43,550 bases of DNA, from assembly GCA_031418955.1 (NCBI GenBank), contig JANOJW010000182.1:1-43550 (forward strand), written 5' to 3'. The notes below the pieces were generated by a model. It had not been told where the DNA came from and did not search any database. It was given only the letters and a program-made list of their open reading frames with translations. Of the stretch, positions 1-9,587 are shown piece after piece (within the stretch, counting starts at the first letter, position 1; every line of letters starts with the position of its first letter). The translations under genes and the position numbers were made by a program. Source of the stretch: Hyphomicrobiales bacterium (GTDB lineage Bacteria > Pseudomonadota > Alphaproteobacteria > Rhizobiales > Hyphomicrobiaceae).

Positions 1-210
1 GCCAGCGCAGAGAGGGGCCGCAACCCGGCGCTGCCAAGATCGATCGGCCGGTGACGGATATCAGAATTCTCACAACATAAGCTGGAGGCAGTTCACGATG
101 TTCCGTGAACTCGACTAGCGCGCTATTCGAACATCGAGAACATGGAACCGACCCTGTCGATGCGTCGTTTTCATAAAGCGCGCTGAGAACTCGAATAGGG
201 TGCAGCCATC

Positions 211-891
211 ATGCAGCGTACTGTCAATCGTGCAGAATTGAATAGTCAAACGGTGAACGGCCCACGGGAGTGGCGTGTACCCCGGCGTATTAAGCGCGCG
301 ATTGTTGAAACGGCGTCCTGGATACTCGCTGTCGCCTTATTCATCGTTGTCTGGCTTGCATGGGGCGCAGTTATCCTGAGCTGGGGCGGCACGCAGAAGT
401 CAATAGAGTTGGGCCTCGGGTTGGCTTGGTTTCCGCTGTTCATTGCAGTTGGCCGCCTTCGCAAAGCGGCACACCGTCACTTTTTCCCCACTGAGATCGA
501 TCTGGTGTTCGCTTCAACGCATGCGTGCCCTCTGAGTAACGACGAGACGGTTAGAAGTTCGTTTTCGTTCAATAGAAGTTCGTTCAGGTGTGTCGCAAGT
601 CGCCCTCCGGGAACGATTGCCGCAGTGGAGCGTTTTTTCGTCAGTGGCACAGATCAGTGCCCCGACACTACCAACTCGGAGAGAAACTATGACCACAAGG
701 CTTGGATTAATCCACATTGCGGTATTGCTGGCTCTGCCTGCCGGCGCCGTCGCACAGACGGTGCCCGCCCCCACGACAACGTTGATGCGCCAAACTTCGG
801 CACGCTGCAGTGTGAGACGCAACGCAATGGGCCGGCGCTTCTCACCACCATCCGAATACGCGTGTTCATGCGCTTCTTCGCATCAAGATGA
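211..891 (+). CDS. hypothetical protein (possible small membrane protein; 3' half doubtful)
   Basis: ATG ORF in the low-GC left flank. The first ~90 aa contain two hydrophobic segments (SWILAVALFIVVWLAWGAVILSW and LGLGLAWFPLFIAVG). The later part looks non-protein-like, and nt 687-891 lie antisense to the kinase remnant. Confidence 0.25.
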   Translation: MQRTVNRAELNSQTVNGPREWRVPRRIKRAIVETASWILAVALFIVVWLAWGAVILSWGGTQKSIELGLGLAWFPLFIAVGRLRKAAHRHFFPTEIDLVFASTHACPLSNDETVRSSFSFNRSSFRCVASRPPGTIAAVERFFVSGTDQCPDTTNSERNYDHKAWINPHCGIAGSACRRRRTDGARPHDNVDAPNFGTLQCETQRNGPALLTTIRIRVFMRFFASR

Positions 892-2100
892 CGTCGCAGC
901 AGGGTGGACAATGGTGCTTAACTGCGGTCGTGGCTAGCTCATGAATTAGAAGGCCGAGCGGCACTGCGAATTCGGCGGGCAGCTTGATCTTGGGCCCGGC
1001 GATGTCGATGCGACCGGCGCTCAAGTGCGGAGCGAGTTGTCCCTGAACGAGTGCATTCAATTCTGCGTCCTGCCATACGCGCTCCGTCGCGCGGTCGCCA
1101 TGCTGCGCACACGACCAGTGAATACATCTCCAAACTGCTGTAGGCTCGACGAATTACGCAAAGTTTGCCGCATGACCGCCAGCAGCACGGAATACGTATT
1201 TTTTACCCAATGCGCTAACTCTCGATTGAGGAGTTGCAAGCGTCGCTCGGTCTCGAGGCGACCAGAGATGTCGTGAACGACTTTGGAAATCGCAACCAAC
1301 TCCCCTTTCGCGTCTGTGACACCTGTCATCGAGATCGAAACATCGATAACGTTGCCGTTCTTATGCCGACGCTTGACATCTTTGGGGCCGGCCGTGCCCA
1401 CCTGCCTGACGGCAGACATCATCTCCTGATGCGTCAGGACTTCGTCATGGGGGACGAATACTGAAGTCGTTTGACCGACGGCCTCTACCGAGTCATAGTC
1501 GAAGAGGCGCTCGGCTCCCTTGTTCCAAGTTTCTATGACGCCATCGGGCGTAATACTGATCAGTCCATCATGAGCGGCGTCTGCAACGCCGACATAGCGG
1601 GTCAGTTTTTCTTCTATCGCCTTCAGGGCATCGATGTTCGTTCCCGTTCCGACCCACGCGACGACATGGGCTCCATCACCGCGGACTAGAACCGCACGAT
1701 TGAGGAACCAGCGATAAACGCCGTCTCTGTCTCGCAGGCGATGCTCGATCTCATACGTCTGCTGGTTCGCCAGCGCGGTTCGCCAGGCATTGGCAGTGCG
1801 TAGGCGATCCTCCGGATGCACGCGCGAGCGGGTGTCCTGCTCGCTCGCCTGCCCACCTGCGATGCCGCTGAAGTCATTCCAACGCGGGCTGTGCCAGATG
1901 ACCACGCCGTCCGGAGAAGCCATCCAGGCGATGTTCGGGATCGCCTCTGCGAGCATGCGGAAGCGCGCCTCACTGGCTTTCAACGCGTCCTCAGCCTGCT
2001 TGCGTTGGGTAATGTCGGCGACCACGCTGAGCAGTCGAACCGGCTTTCCGTCTGGACAACGCTCGATGACCTGACCTCGTCCCGATACCCATAGCAACAC
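687..2100 (-). pseudogene. PAS-domain HWE-type sensor histidine kinase, 5'-truncated and frameshifted at least twice
   Basis: ORF 1057-2100 has PAS-like repeats (DITQRKQAEDALKASEARFRML...) and an HWE H-box (ELAHWVKNTYSVLL). The continuation WQDAELNALVQGQLAPHL...LLIHELATTAVKH is in a second frame (866-~1100). LSTLL...VVRSAGP...KFGASTL (G1/G2-like) is in a third frame (687-911). The N-terminus begins mid-PAS domain at a GTG abutting the tRNA fragment. Confidence 0.75.
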
Positions 2101-2128
2101 ACAGGTTCAATCCCTGTCGCGCCTACCA
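2101..2128 (+). other. orphan tRNA 3'-end fragment (T-arm, 3' acceptor strand, discriminator, CCA); att-like scar
   Basis: ACAGG-TTCAATC-CCTGT forms a perfect 5-bp T-stem with a canonical TTCRANY T-loop, followed by CGCGCCT-A-CCA. No complementary 5' acceptor strand (AGGCGCG) or D/anticodon arms occur in the preceding 80 nt, so this is not a complete tRNA. Confidence 0.7.
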
Positions 2129-2154
2129 TTGAAATCAAATGTCTTTACTCTGGT

Positions 2155-2591
2155 TTATCTTGCTCCCCTTCCGAGGGCGGCGACTTCACTGTGCCAGTCG
2201 GTGCAGTGGGTGTGCCAGTCAGGTTCTTTTGTGCCAGCGGTGTCGAGATACTCCAAACCGTGGCATCGACGGTCTTCCGCTCCAAGTGCGCATAGCGCAT
2301 CACGGCCGTCACCGACGTCCAACCACGGCAGCCGGACCGCCGCGTGGCGTGCCCGAGGCGTCAAATCAGACGTTTTTTTCCACGAGATCCTTCAGAGCGC
2401 GTTGTCGAGAACCTGCTCGGCCAACAGCTTCTTCCGGGTTTCGTCCTCGAGCGCGCGGGACTTGGAGTTCCAATTGTACAACGTCGGCGCGCTGATCCCG
2501 CGCCGGCGGCACAGGTCTGCCACCCGGGCGCCCCCTCGTGCTCCTTGACGATCCCAATGATCTGGTTCTCGCTGAACCGGCTCTCGCGCAT
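2155..2591 (-). mobile_element. IS3-family transposase remnant (OrfA plus the first ~70 codons of OrfB), degraded and 3'-truncated
   Basis: IS3 OrfA signatures are spread over all three frames: MRESRFSENQIIGIVKEHE, then GARVADLCRRRGISAPTLYNWNSKSRALEDETRKKLLAEQVLDNAL, then ALKDLVEKN. An A7 run (T7 on plus, 2373-2379) sits where the OrfA/OrfB slippery site is expected, followed by an OrfB-like LTPRARHAAV. No DDE catalytic region is present. Confidence 0.75.
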
Positions 2592-2655
2592 GCTCCACTC
2601 TGGAGCCCCCGCCCTCGCCCGTTCTTCAGCCGCGCGCCGCATTGCCGGTTCGCGT

Positions 2656-4107
2656 ATGATCGCGGCGTGCGCCCGCAAGGAGACTCCCGTGCCCGTCAAC
2701 GTTTCGTTCCTGCAGGATCTGCTCGCGACCGTCGCCGAGCAGGGGCGGCAGTATCTGCCATCTGCTCTCGTCGGAACGCCGAAAGAGGACATCGAGGAAC
2801 TCGCCAAGGCGCTGGTCTCGGGCCGCGGCGAGGCCTCGGGCGTGGTCATCGCGCGACAGCTGCTCGAAGAGTACAAGGCGCTTGGGGCCGAGGAGCGGCG
2901 CGGCTTCTTCCGCCTGCTTGCCGACCACTTCAAGCCGGACGCCGGCGCCGCGCAGGCCGCGGCCAAGGCCTATGCCGCTGAACCCAGCGACCAGACGCTC
3001 GCCCGTTTGCAGGCGGCCGTCGAGAGCCCGCGGCAGGAGTTCTTCCGCCGCCTCAACCTCGCGACCGGCGCCACCGCCGAGATCGTCGCCATGCGGCGCG
3101 ACATGCTGCGCCTGCCGAAGACGGACGCCAACATCGGCGCGGTCGATGCCGATCTGGCGCACCTGCTGGCATCGTGGTTCAACCGCGGCTTTCTCGTCTT
3201 GCGCCGCATCGATTGGCAGACGCCGGCGGCGATCCTCGACAAGATCATCCAGTACGAGGCCGTGCACGAGATCCAAGGCTGGGACGATCTTCGCCGCCGC
3301 CTCGATCCAGCCGACCGGCGGTGCTTTGCCTTCTTCCATCCCTCGCTCGTCGACGAGCCGCTGATCTTCGTCGAGGTGGCGCTGACGGGCGACATCCCAG
3401 GCTCGATCCAGACCGTGCTCAACGAGAAGCGCAAGGCCGGCGTCGCGCTGACCACGCCGACGACCGCGGTGTTCTACTCGATCTCCAACTGCCAGGAGGG
3501 CCTGCGCGGCATCTCGTTTGGCAACTTCCTGATCAAGCAGGTGGTCGAGGAACTGGTGCGCGAGCAGCCGCAGCTGAAAACCTTCGTGACGCTGTCGCCG
3601 GTGCCGACGTTCGCACGCTGGCTCGACCGGGCGCGCGCCGACGAGAGCGTGGGCGCGGTGACACAGACCGACCGCGTGGCGTTGCAGGTGCTGTCGGACC
3701 CAGGCTGGCTCGAGGACCCGGAGGAGGAGGAAGCGGTCAAGGCGCCGCTGCTGGCGCTCGCCGCGCATTATTTCCTGCTCGCGAAATCCGCAGATGGCCG
3801 CCCGGTCGATCCGGTCGCGCGCTTTCACTTGGGCAACGGCGCGCGGCTCGAGCGCATCAACTGGCTGGGCGACGTGTCCGAGAAAGGCTTGCGCGAGGCG
3901 CACGGCCTGATGGTCAATTACCGCTATGACCTCAAGGAGATCGAGCGCAACCACGAGACCTTCGCCAACGACGGCGAGGTTGTCGCCTCCCGGGCAGTGC
4001 GAGCGCTGCTGCGCCCGCCGCCGAAGCCCCGACCCAAGGCCATCGAGCTGAAACCCGCCGAGGCGGCAAAGGGGGACGCGAAGGCCAAGGCTGGACGAGG
4101 CGAATAG
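2656..4107 (+). CDS. matA: malonyl-CoA decarboxylase (MCD/MatA family)
   Basis: MCD-family motifs are present (FHLGNGARLERINWLGDVSEKGLREAHGLMVNYRYDL, SPVPTFARWL). The start is either ATG 2656 or GTG 2689 (VPVNVSFLQDLL...). The 2344 ORF start overlaps the IS remnant and is rejected. Confidence 0.85.
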   Translation: MIAACARKETPVPVNVSFLQDLLATVAEQGRQYLPSALVGTPKEDIEELAKALVSGRGEASGVVIARQLLEEYKALGAEERRGFFRLLADHFKPDAGAAQAAAKAYAAEPSDQTLARLQAAVESPRQEFFRRLNLATGATAEIVAMRRDMLRLPKTDANIGAVDADLAHLLASWFNRGFLVLRRIDWQTPAAILDKIIQYEAVHEIQGWDDLRRRLDPADRRCFAFFHPSLVDEPLIFVEVALTGDIPGSIQTVLNEKRKAGVALTTPTTAVFYSISNCQEGLRGISFGNFLIKQVVEELVREQPQLKTFVTLSPVPTFARWLDRARADESVGAVTQTDRVALQVLSDPGWLEDPEEEEAVKAPLLALAAHYFLLAKSADGRPVDPVARFHLGNGARLERINWLGDVSEKGLREAHGLMVNYRYDLKEIERNHETFANDGEVVASRAVRALLRPPPKPRPKAIELKPAEAAKGDAKAKAGRGE

Positions 4108-4297
4108 GGGGCGCGGATCGGGAGTCCTGCCCGCCGTCGGGCTTGGAGCGAGCGGCCGGCATTGCACACGCGCGTTGACGCGGATTGTTCCTTGGCGGCT
4201 CTTGTGCGGGGCGGCCAAGCGTGCTGAATTCCCGCGCTAAAGATCATCGCGACGGCGCGCTGCGGCAGGCCCAGTGCGGCGCATCAGGAGACTTTCA

Positions 4298-5275
4298 ATG
4301 CGCTATGATGACAAGGACGAGGTCAGCAAGAACCTCGAGGATAAGCGCGGCCAGAGCGGCGGCTCGCCGTTCGGGCGTGGAGGCTTCCCGTTTCCGATGC
4401 CCGGCGGCGGCGGTGGCCGCGGCGGCATGAGCATCACCACGATCATCATCCTGGGCCTGCTGTGGTTCTTCTTCGGCTCCAAGATCTTCGGCGGTGGTGA
4501 TGCAGGCGGCGGCATCCAGTTCCCCCAGCTGCCAAAGGTGGACGCTGGTCCAACGCAGCCCGGCGCTGGCCGATCGCCGTTCGAGATCCCGGGCCTGCCC
4601 GGTGGGCAGGGGCGCCCCGTCGGCACACAGGAGGACGAGATGAAGGTGTTCGTCGGCCGCGTGCTGAAGGACACCGAGGATGTCTGGAACCGCATCTTCC
4701 AGCAGTTCGGCAAGCGCTACGAGGAGCCCAAGCTGGTGGTGTTCACGGGCTCGTTCCCGACCGCCTGCGGCACCGGCATGGCGGCGATGGGGCCGTTCTA
4801 CTGCCCGCTCGACCGCAAGATCTACATCGACCTGGCGTTCTACGAGCAGCTGAAGCGGCAGTTCCGCGCGCCGGGCGACTTCGCGCAGGCCTATGTGATT
4901 GCGCACGAGGTCGGCCACCATGTTCAAACGCTGCTCGGCATCGCGGACCAGGTGCAGAAGCTGAAGCAGCGGCTGCCCGAGCGTGAGGCCAACAAGGTGC
5001 AGGTGCGGATGGAGCTGCAGGCCGACTGCCTCGCCGGTGTGTGGGCGGCCCTCAATCACCAGCTGAAGAACCGCCTGCAGCCGGGCGACATCGAGGAAGG
5101 TCTCAATGCCGCCCAGGCGATCGGCGACGACATGATCCAGAAGCAGCAGACCGGCCGTGTGGTGCCGGACGCCTTCACGCACGGCTCGGCGGCGCAGCGC
5201 GTGCGCTGGTTCCGCAAGGGCATGGAGACGGGCGAGATCAAGCAGTGCGACACCTTCAACGCCGCGGACCTGTGA
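4298..5275 (+). CDS. ypfJ: YpfJ-family putative neutral zinc metallopeptidase
   Basis: AGGAGA RBS lies 8 nt upstream of ATG 4298. The protein reads like E. coli YpfJ end to end (NLEDKRG..., MGPFYCP, DFAQAYVIAHEVGHHVQ, VRMELQADC, AIGDDMIQ, FTHGSAAQR). Confidence 0.9.
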   Translation: MRYDDKDEVSKNLEDKRGQSGGSPFGRGGFPFPMPGGGGGRGGMSITTIIILGLLWFFFGSKIFGGGDAGGGIQFPQLPKVDAGPTQPGAGRSPFEIPGLPGGQGRPVGTQEDEMKVFVGRVLKDTEDVWNRIFQQFGKRYEEPKLVVFTGSFPTACGTGMAAMGPFYCPLDRKIYIDLAFYEQLKRQFRAPGDFAQAYVIAHEVGHHVQTLLGIADQVQKLKQRLPEREANKVQVRMELQADCLAGVWAALNHQLKNRLQPGDIEEGLNAAQAIGDDMIQKQQTGRVVPDAFTHGSAAQRVRWFRKGMETGEIKQCDTFNAADL

Positions 5276-5326
5276 GGGCCGTGCACTTGTGAGAAGCGGG
5301 GGTAGGCCCCAGGTAGGCTGAGCCTC

Positions 5327-6031
5327 ATGTCCGACCCGTTCTTCATGCCGCTACCAGAGGATGCCGACCCCATGCAGCTGTTCCGCAAGAAGCCCGGGAT
5401 GCCGACCGCCGACACCGCACTCAAAGGTCGCGAGCAGGCGATCGCGACTGCCAAGACCCACTATCTCAACGGTCGCGAGTTGAAGGGCCCTTACCCGGAA
5501 GGCATCGAAACGGCGATGTTCGGCATGGGCTGCTTCTGGGGTGCGGAGCGCAAGTTCTGGGAGCTCGACACCGGCATCCACATTACCGCCGTCGGCTACG
5601 CGGCGGGCGTCACGCCGAACCCGACCTATGAGGAGGTGTGCTCAGGGCAAACCGGTCACAACGAGGTGGTGCTCGTCGCCTTCGACCGACAAGCCGTCAG
5701 CTACGAGCTGCTCTTGAAGAAGTTCTGGGAGAGCCACGACCCGACGCAGGGCATGCGCCAGGGCAACGACATGGGCACTCAGTACCGCTCGGGCATCTAC
5801 GTTTATTCCGATGCCCAGAAGGCCGCGGCGGTCGCCTCGAAGGAGACGTTCGGTGCGGCCCTGAAGGCGAAGGGCTTCAACCCGATCACCACCGAGATCC
5901 TGAAGGCTCCGCCGTTCTTCTTCGCCGAGGACTATCACCAGCAGTATCTGGCCAAGGTGCCGCACGGCTATTGCGGCCTCGGCGGCACCGGCGTCACCTG
6001 CCAGATCGGCACCGGCGTGAAGAGCGGGTGA
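5327..6031 (+). CDS. msrA: peptide-methionine (S)-S-oxide reductase MsrA
   Basis: The GMGCFWGAE active-site motif, the GHNEVV and YHQQYL motifs, and the length are typical of MsrA. An alternative start is ATG 5372. Confidence 0.9.
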   Translation: MSDPFFMPLPEDADPMQLFRKKPGMPTADTALKGREQAIATAKTHYLNGRELKGPYPEGIETAMFGMGCFWGAERKFWELDTGIHITAVGYAAGVTPNPTYEEVCSGQTGHNEVVLVAFDRQAVSYELLLKKFWESHDPTQGMRQGNDMGTQYRSGIYVYSDAQKAAAVASKETFGAALKAKGFNPITTEILKAPPFFFAEDYHQQYLAKVPHGYCGLGGTGVTCQIGTGVKSG

Positions 6032-6066
6032 GCGGGTCGGGAAGCGCCGCCTTGTTCTTGCGGCCG

Positions 6067-6096
6067 AGACCCGACACGGCACGGAGTGTCGGGTCT
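6067..6096. terminator. perfect 11-bp hairpin between convergent msrA and sucA
   Basis: AGACCCGACAC (6067-6077) pairs with GTGTCGGGTCT (6086-6096) across an 8-nt loop. There is no clear U-tract. Confidence 0.4.
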
Positions 6097-6100
6097 TGAC

Positions 6101-6124
6101 GACGCGGTGAAGAGGCACCGCGTC
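6101..6124. terminator. perfect 9-bp hairpin between convergent msrA and sucA
   Basis: GACGCGGTG (6101-6109) pairs with CACCGCGTC (6116-6124) across a 6-nt loop. There is no clear U-tract. Confidence 0.4.
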
Positions 6125-6179
6125 GCCTGCTACCCGACCTACGCACGCAACTCCGTCCGAGCGATTACCCTGGGGTGCC

Positions 6180-9143
6180 TCACGCCGACAACGCTTGCTC
6201 GACGAGTGACGCCTGCTCGCTCGCATGCTTGGAGGCGAGGCCGGTGGCTGTCGCAGCCGACGCCGGGCGGCCGGCATAGCGCGGGCGCTTTGATTTTGCA
6301 CCGATGTGGTCGAGCACCCACTCGAGCGCGGGCTCGACGAAGAACCAGCCGCCCATGTTCTTCGGCTCTTCCTGGGCCCACACGATCTCGGCGTCGGGGA
6401 AGCGGGCGAGCTCGGTCATCAACGCGCGCGCCGGGAACGGGTAGAGCTGCTCGACGCGCATCAGGTAGACGTCGTCCTGGTCGGCAGCCTCCCGCGCCTC
6501 GTAGAGGTCGTAGTAGACCTTGCCCGAGCACAGCACGACGCGGCGGATCTGGCCGTCGGGCTTGAGCTTGATCTTCTCAGCCGTCCGCGATTGCGCGTCG
6601 TCCCACAACACACGGTGGAAGCTGGTGCCCGTCGCCATCTCGTCGAGGCGCGAGGTGACGCGCTTGTGACGCAGCAGCGACTTCGGCGTCATCAGGATCA
6701 GCGGCTTGCGGAACTTGCGCTGCAGCTGCCGGCGCAGGATGTGGAAGTAGTTGGCTGGCGTCGTGCAGTTGGCGACCTGCCAGTTGTCCTCCGCGCACAT
6801 CTGCAGGAAGCGCTCGAGGCGGGCCGAGGAGTGCTCAGGCCCCTGGCCCTCGTAGCCGTGCGGCAGCAGGCAGACGAGGCCCGACATGCGCAGCCACTTG
6901 CGCTCGCCCGACGACAGGAACTGGTCGAAGATCACCTGCGCGCCGTTGGCGAAGTCGCCGAACTGCGCCTCCCACATGACGAGCGAGTTGGGTTCGGCGA
7001 GCGTGTAGCCGTACTCGAAGCCGAGCACCGCCTCCTCCGACAGCGACGAATTGATCACCTCGAAGCGGCCCTGATCGGGCGAGACGTACTTCAACGGCGT
7101 GTAGCGGCGCTCGCTCGCCTGGTCGATCAGCACGGAATGGCGCAGCGACAAGGTGCAGCGCTAGAAAGCGAGGCCGGAGAGCCGGACGAGGACGCGCTCC
7201 TTCAACAACGTGCCGAACGCCAGATGCTCGGCCATCGACCAGTCGATGCCTTCCCCGGTCTCCACCATCTCGCGGCGGCGCTCGAGCAGGCGCTGGATGG
7301 TCTTGTGGGGCGTGAAATCCTGCGGGATCGTGGTGATGCGGCGGCCAACGTCCTTGAGCACGTCGAGGGCGACGCCGGTGTTGCCGCGCCGCGCCTCGTC
7401 CTCGGGCAGGCCCACGCCCGACCAGCGCCCGTCGAGCCAGTCGGCCTTGTTCGGCTTGTAGCCTTCGGACGCGGCAAGCTCGCCGTCCAGGTGGCTGCGC
7501 ACGTCGGCGCGCATACCGTCGACCTCGTCGGTGGAGAGAATACCGTCGTCGACGAGCGACTTCGCATAGACCTCGACGGTCGTCGGCCGCGCGCGGATGT
7601 TGCGATACATCAAGGGCTGCGTGAACGCCGGCTCGTCGGATTCGTTGTGGCCGTGCCGGCGGTAGCAGACCATGTCGACGACCACCGGCTTCTGGAACTT
7701 CATGCGGAACTCGATGGCGATCTTGGCCACGTGCACCACGGCTTCCGGGTTGTCGCCATTGACGTGGAAGATCGGCGCCTCGACCATCTTTGCGACGTCG
7801 GTGCAGTAGGGCGAGGAGCGCGAGTAGCGCGGGTTCGTGGTGAAGCCGATCTGGTTGTTGATCACGAAATGGATCGAGCCACCGGTCCGGTGACCTTTGA
7901 GGCCCGAGAGGCCGAAGCACTCCGCGACCACGCCTTGGCCAGCGAACGCCGCATCACCGTGGATCAGCAGCGGCAGGACCGGCGTGCGCTCGCCCGGCTC
8001 GCAGCCGAGCTGATCCTGCTTGGCGCGCACCTTGCCGAGCACGACCGGGTCGACGATCTCGAGGTGCGAGGGATTGGCGGTGAGCGAGAGATGCACGCGG
8101 TTGCCGTCGAACTCGCGATCCGACGAGGCGCCGAGGTGGTACTTGACGTCGCCCGAGCCTTCGACGTCGTCGGGTTTGAAGCTGCCGCCCTTGAACTCGT
8201 TGAAGATGGCGCGCAGGGGCTTGCCCATCACGTTGGCGAGCACGTTGAGGCGCCCGCGGTGGGCCATGCCGAGCACGATTTCCTTCAGGCCGAGCTGGCC
8301 GCCGCGCTTGATGATCTGCTCGAGCGCCGGGATCAGCGATTCGGCGCCCTCGAGGCCGAAGCGCTTCGTTCCGGTGTATTTCACGTCGGCGAACTTCTCG
8401 AAGCTTTCCGCTTCCATCAGCTTGTTGAGGATCGCGCGCTGGCCTTCCTTGGTGAAGCGGATGTCCTTGTCGGCGCCCTCGATGCGCTCCTGGATCCAGC
8501 GCTTCTGCACGGGGCTGGTGATGTGCATGAACTCGACGCCGATCTGGCGGCAATAGGTGCGGCGCAGGATCCGCAGGATCTGGCGGATGGTCGCCGTCTC
8601 GAGGCCGAGCACCTTGTCGATGAAGATCGGTCGGTCGAGGTCGGCCTCGGTGAAGCCGTACGTCTCCGGGCGCAGCTCCTTGTGCGGCTTCCTGTCGGAG
8701 ATGCCGAGTGGATCGAGGTCGGCGACGAGATGGCCCATCACGCGATAGGCGCGGATCAACATCAGTGCGCGAAGGCTGTCCTGGGTGGCGCGATAGGTGA
8801 CGGCGGCCGAGAGATCGACGCCGGAGACCTGCGCGCGGGACTGGATCTGCTCGCGGATCTGGCGCTCGGCGGCACCGTAGTCGCCGGTCAGCGCAGCGAC
8901 CAGCTCGCCGCCCTGCTGCATCTCCGCGAGCGGACGCGCCCAGGATGGCCCATTGCCGTTGCCGGTCTCGAACCCGCCGCGCGTCTGCTCCTCGCGCAGG
9001 CTCTGGAAGAACAGCCTCCACTCGTCGGAGACCGAGCCAGGATTGGCCTCGTACTGGACCTGCATCTCCTCGATGTAGGCAGCGTTAACGCCGTTCAGGA
9101 ACGAGGTCTGCGCAAAGGCCTGGTTCTGCGGCTGGCGGGTCAT
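6180..9143 (-). pseudogene. sucA: 2-oxoglutarate dehydrogenase E1 component (SucA) interrupted by an in-frame TAG at 7161-7163
   Basis: ORFs 7161-9143 (660 aa) and 6180-7151 (323 aa) are in the same frame and together give a ~983-aa SucA (MTRQPQNQAFAQTSFLNGVNAAYIEEM..., ...RHSVLIDQ..., ...GRPASAATATG). They are separated only by TAG and three sense codons. Confidence 0.85.
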
Positions 9144-9297
9144 GGCGGCTCCGGTTGATGGTGGCGCGACGGGTCAGGCGCCGACGCGGGCGCCTATGAT
9201 GATTCTGCGGCTCACATAGTACGGTTCGGGGCGAGGATTAAGGCCTATCCAGAAACTGAGTATGGCGGACAGATCTCCACGCGCCCACGTCGCGGTT

Positions 9298-9344
9298 CCC
9301 CGGACGCCAGCCGGCCATCGGCCGGCGATGAGCGATCCGGGGTC
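9298..9344. repeat. ~47-nt palindromic (REP-like) unit, copy 1, in the sucA leader
   Basis: Outer arms CCCCGGA/TCCGGGG enclose an inner perfect 7-bp hairpin GCCGGCC-ATC-GGCCGGC. The reverse complement matches copy 2 at 38/47 positions. Confidence 0.6.
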
Positions 9345-9413
9345 TTTCCCAGCGCGGGAAGGCACAAAGGTTCGGCAGTCGAGGCGCGTCGCGTGCTTCC
9401 GACGACCGGGATA

Positions 9414-9460
9414 GACCCCGGATCGGCGACCGCGGCCCGATGGGCCGCTGCCGTCCGGGG
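9414..9460. repeat. ~47-nt palindromic (REP-like) unit, copy 2, in the sucA leader
   Basis: It has the same outer arms and an inner hairpin GCGGCCC-GAT-GGGCCGC. The differences from copy 1 within the inner stem are pairwise compensatory. Confidence 0.6.
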
Positions 9461-9587
9461 AAACGCGACACGCTCGTCCCGGCCAGATGTGCCGAGGACG
9501 GCCCCAATCGGTGTCAATTACCCGACGAGAGCGCTTGCGGGCCCGCCCAATCGACGATGTCGGGTGCCTGACACCGGTTCCCGGAGC

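Noticed and set aside
1-210. A possible partial gene running off the left edge of the window
   Set aside because: Short open frames exist on both strands, but none shows a recognisable motif or a convincing start or stop context.
689-937. 82-aa ORF with a GGAGAG RBS and signal-peptide-like start (MTTRLGLIHIAVLLALPAGAVAQ)
   Set aside because: It is attractive, but it lies entirely antisense to the C-terminal HATPase remnant of the histidine kinase pseudogene and overlaps ORF 211-891. I cannot distinguish it from chance without conservation data.
2101-2128. Calling this a functional tRNA gene
   Set aside because: Only the T-arm, 3' acceptor strand and CCA are present. No matching 5' acceptor strand, D-arm or anticodon arm is upstream, where the sequence is the kinase coding remnant.
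2344-2655. N-terminal extension of the matA ORF, with analogous long 5' extensions at 27596 (A2M), 10918 (prepilin peptidase), 11979 (gspG), 13733 (hflK), 19275 (MFS), 25049 (yceD) and 38516 (CMD)
   Set aside because: The extensions overlap neighbouring features or are Arg/Pro-rich noise. Internal starts with RBS-like sequences give N-termini matching the expected families.
2626-4218. 530-aa minus-strand ORF opposite matA. The same applies to 33466-35574 opposite pbpC, 38666-40489 opposite the CMD and coiled-coil genes, 30608-31843 and 29504-30526 opposite A2M, 26488-27906, 18864-20624, 16324-17412, 10026-11117 and 12612-13589.
   Set aside because: All overlap strongly supported genes on the other strand and have high-GC shadow-ORF composition without recognisable motifs.
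7161-7163. The possibility that the sucA TAG is a programmed recoding event (readthrough or pyrrolysine)
   Set aside because: No pyl genes or recoding signals are visible, and the surrounding nine codons are also altered away from the invariant motif. That points to damage or error rather than recoding.
6306-9158. 950-aa ORF on the plus strand opposite sucA
   Set aside because: It is antisense to a gene with unmistakable SucA homology. The translation is Arg/Ala/Leu/Gly-rich with no motifs, the typical shadow ORF of high-GC DNA.
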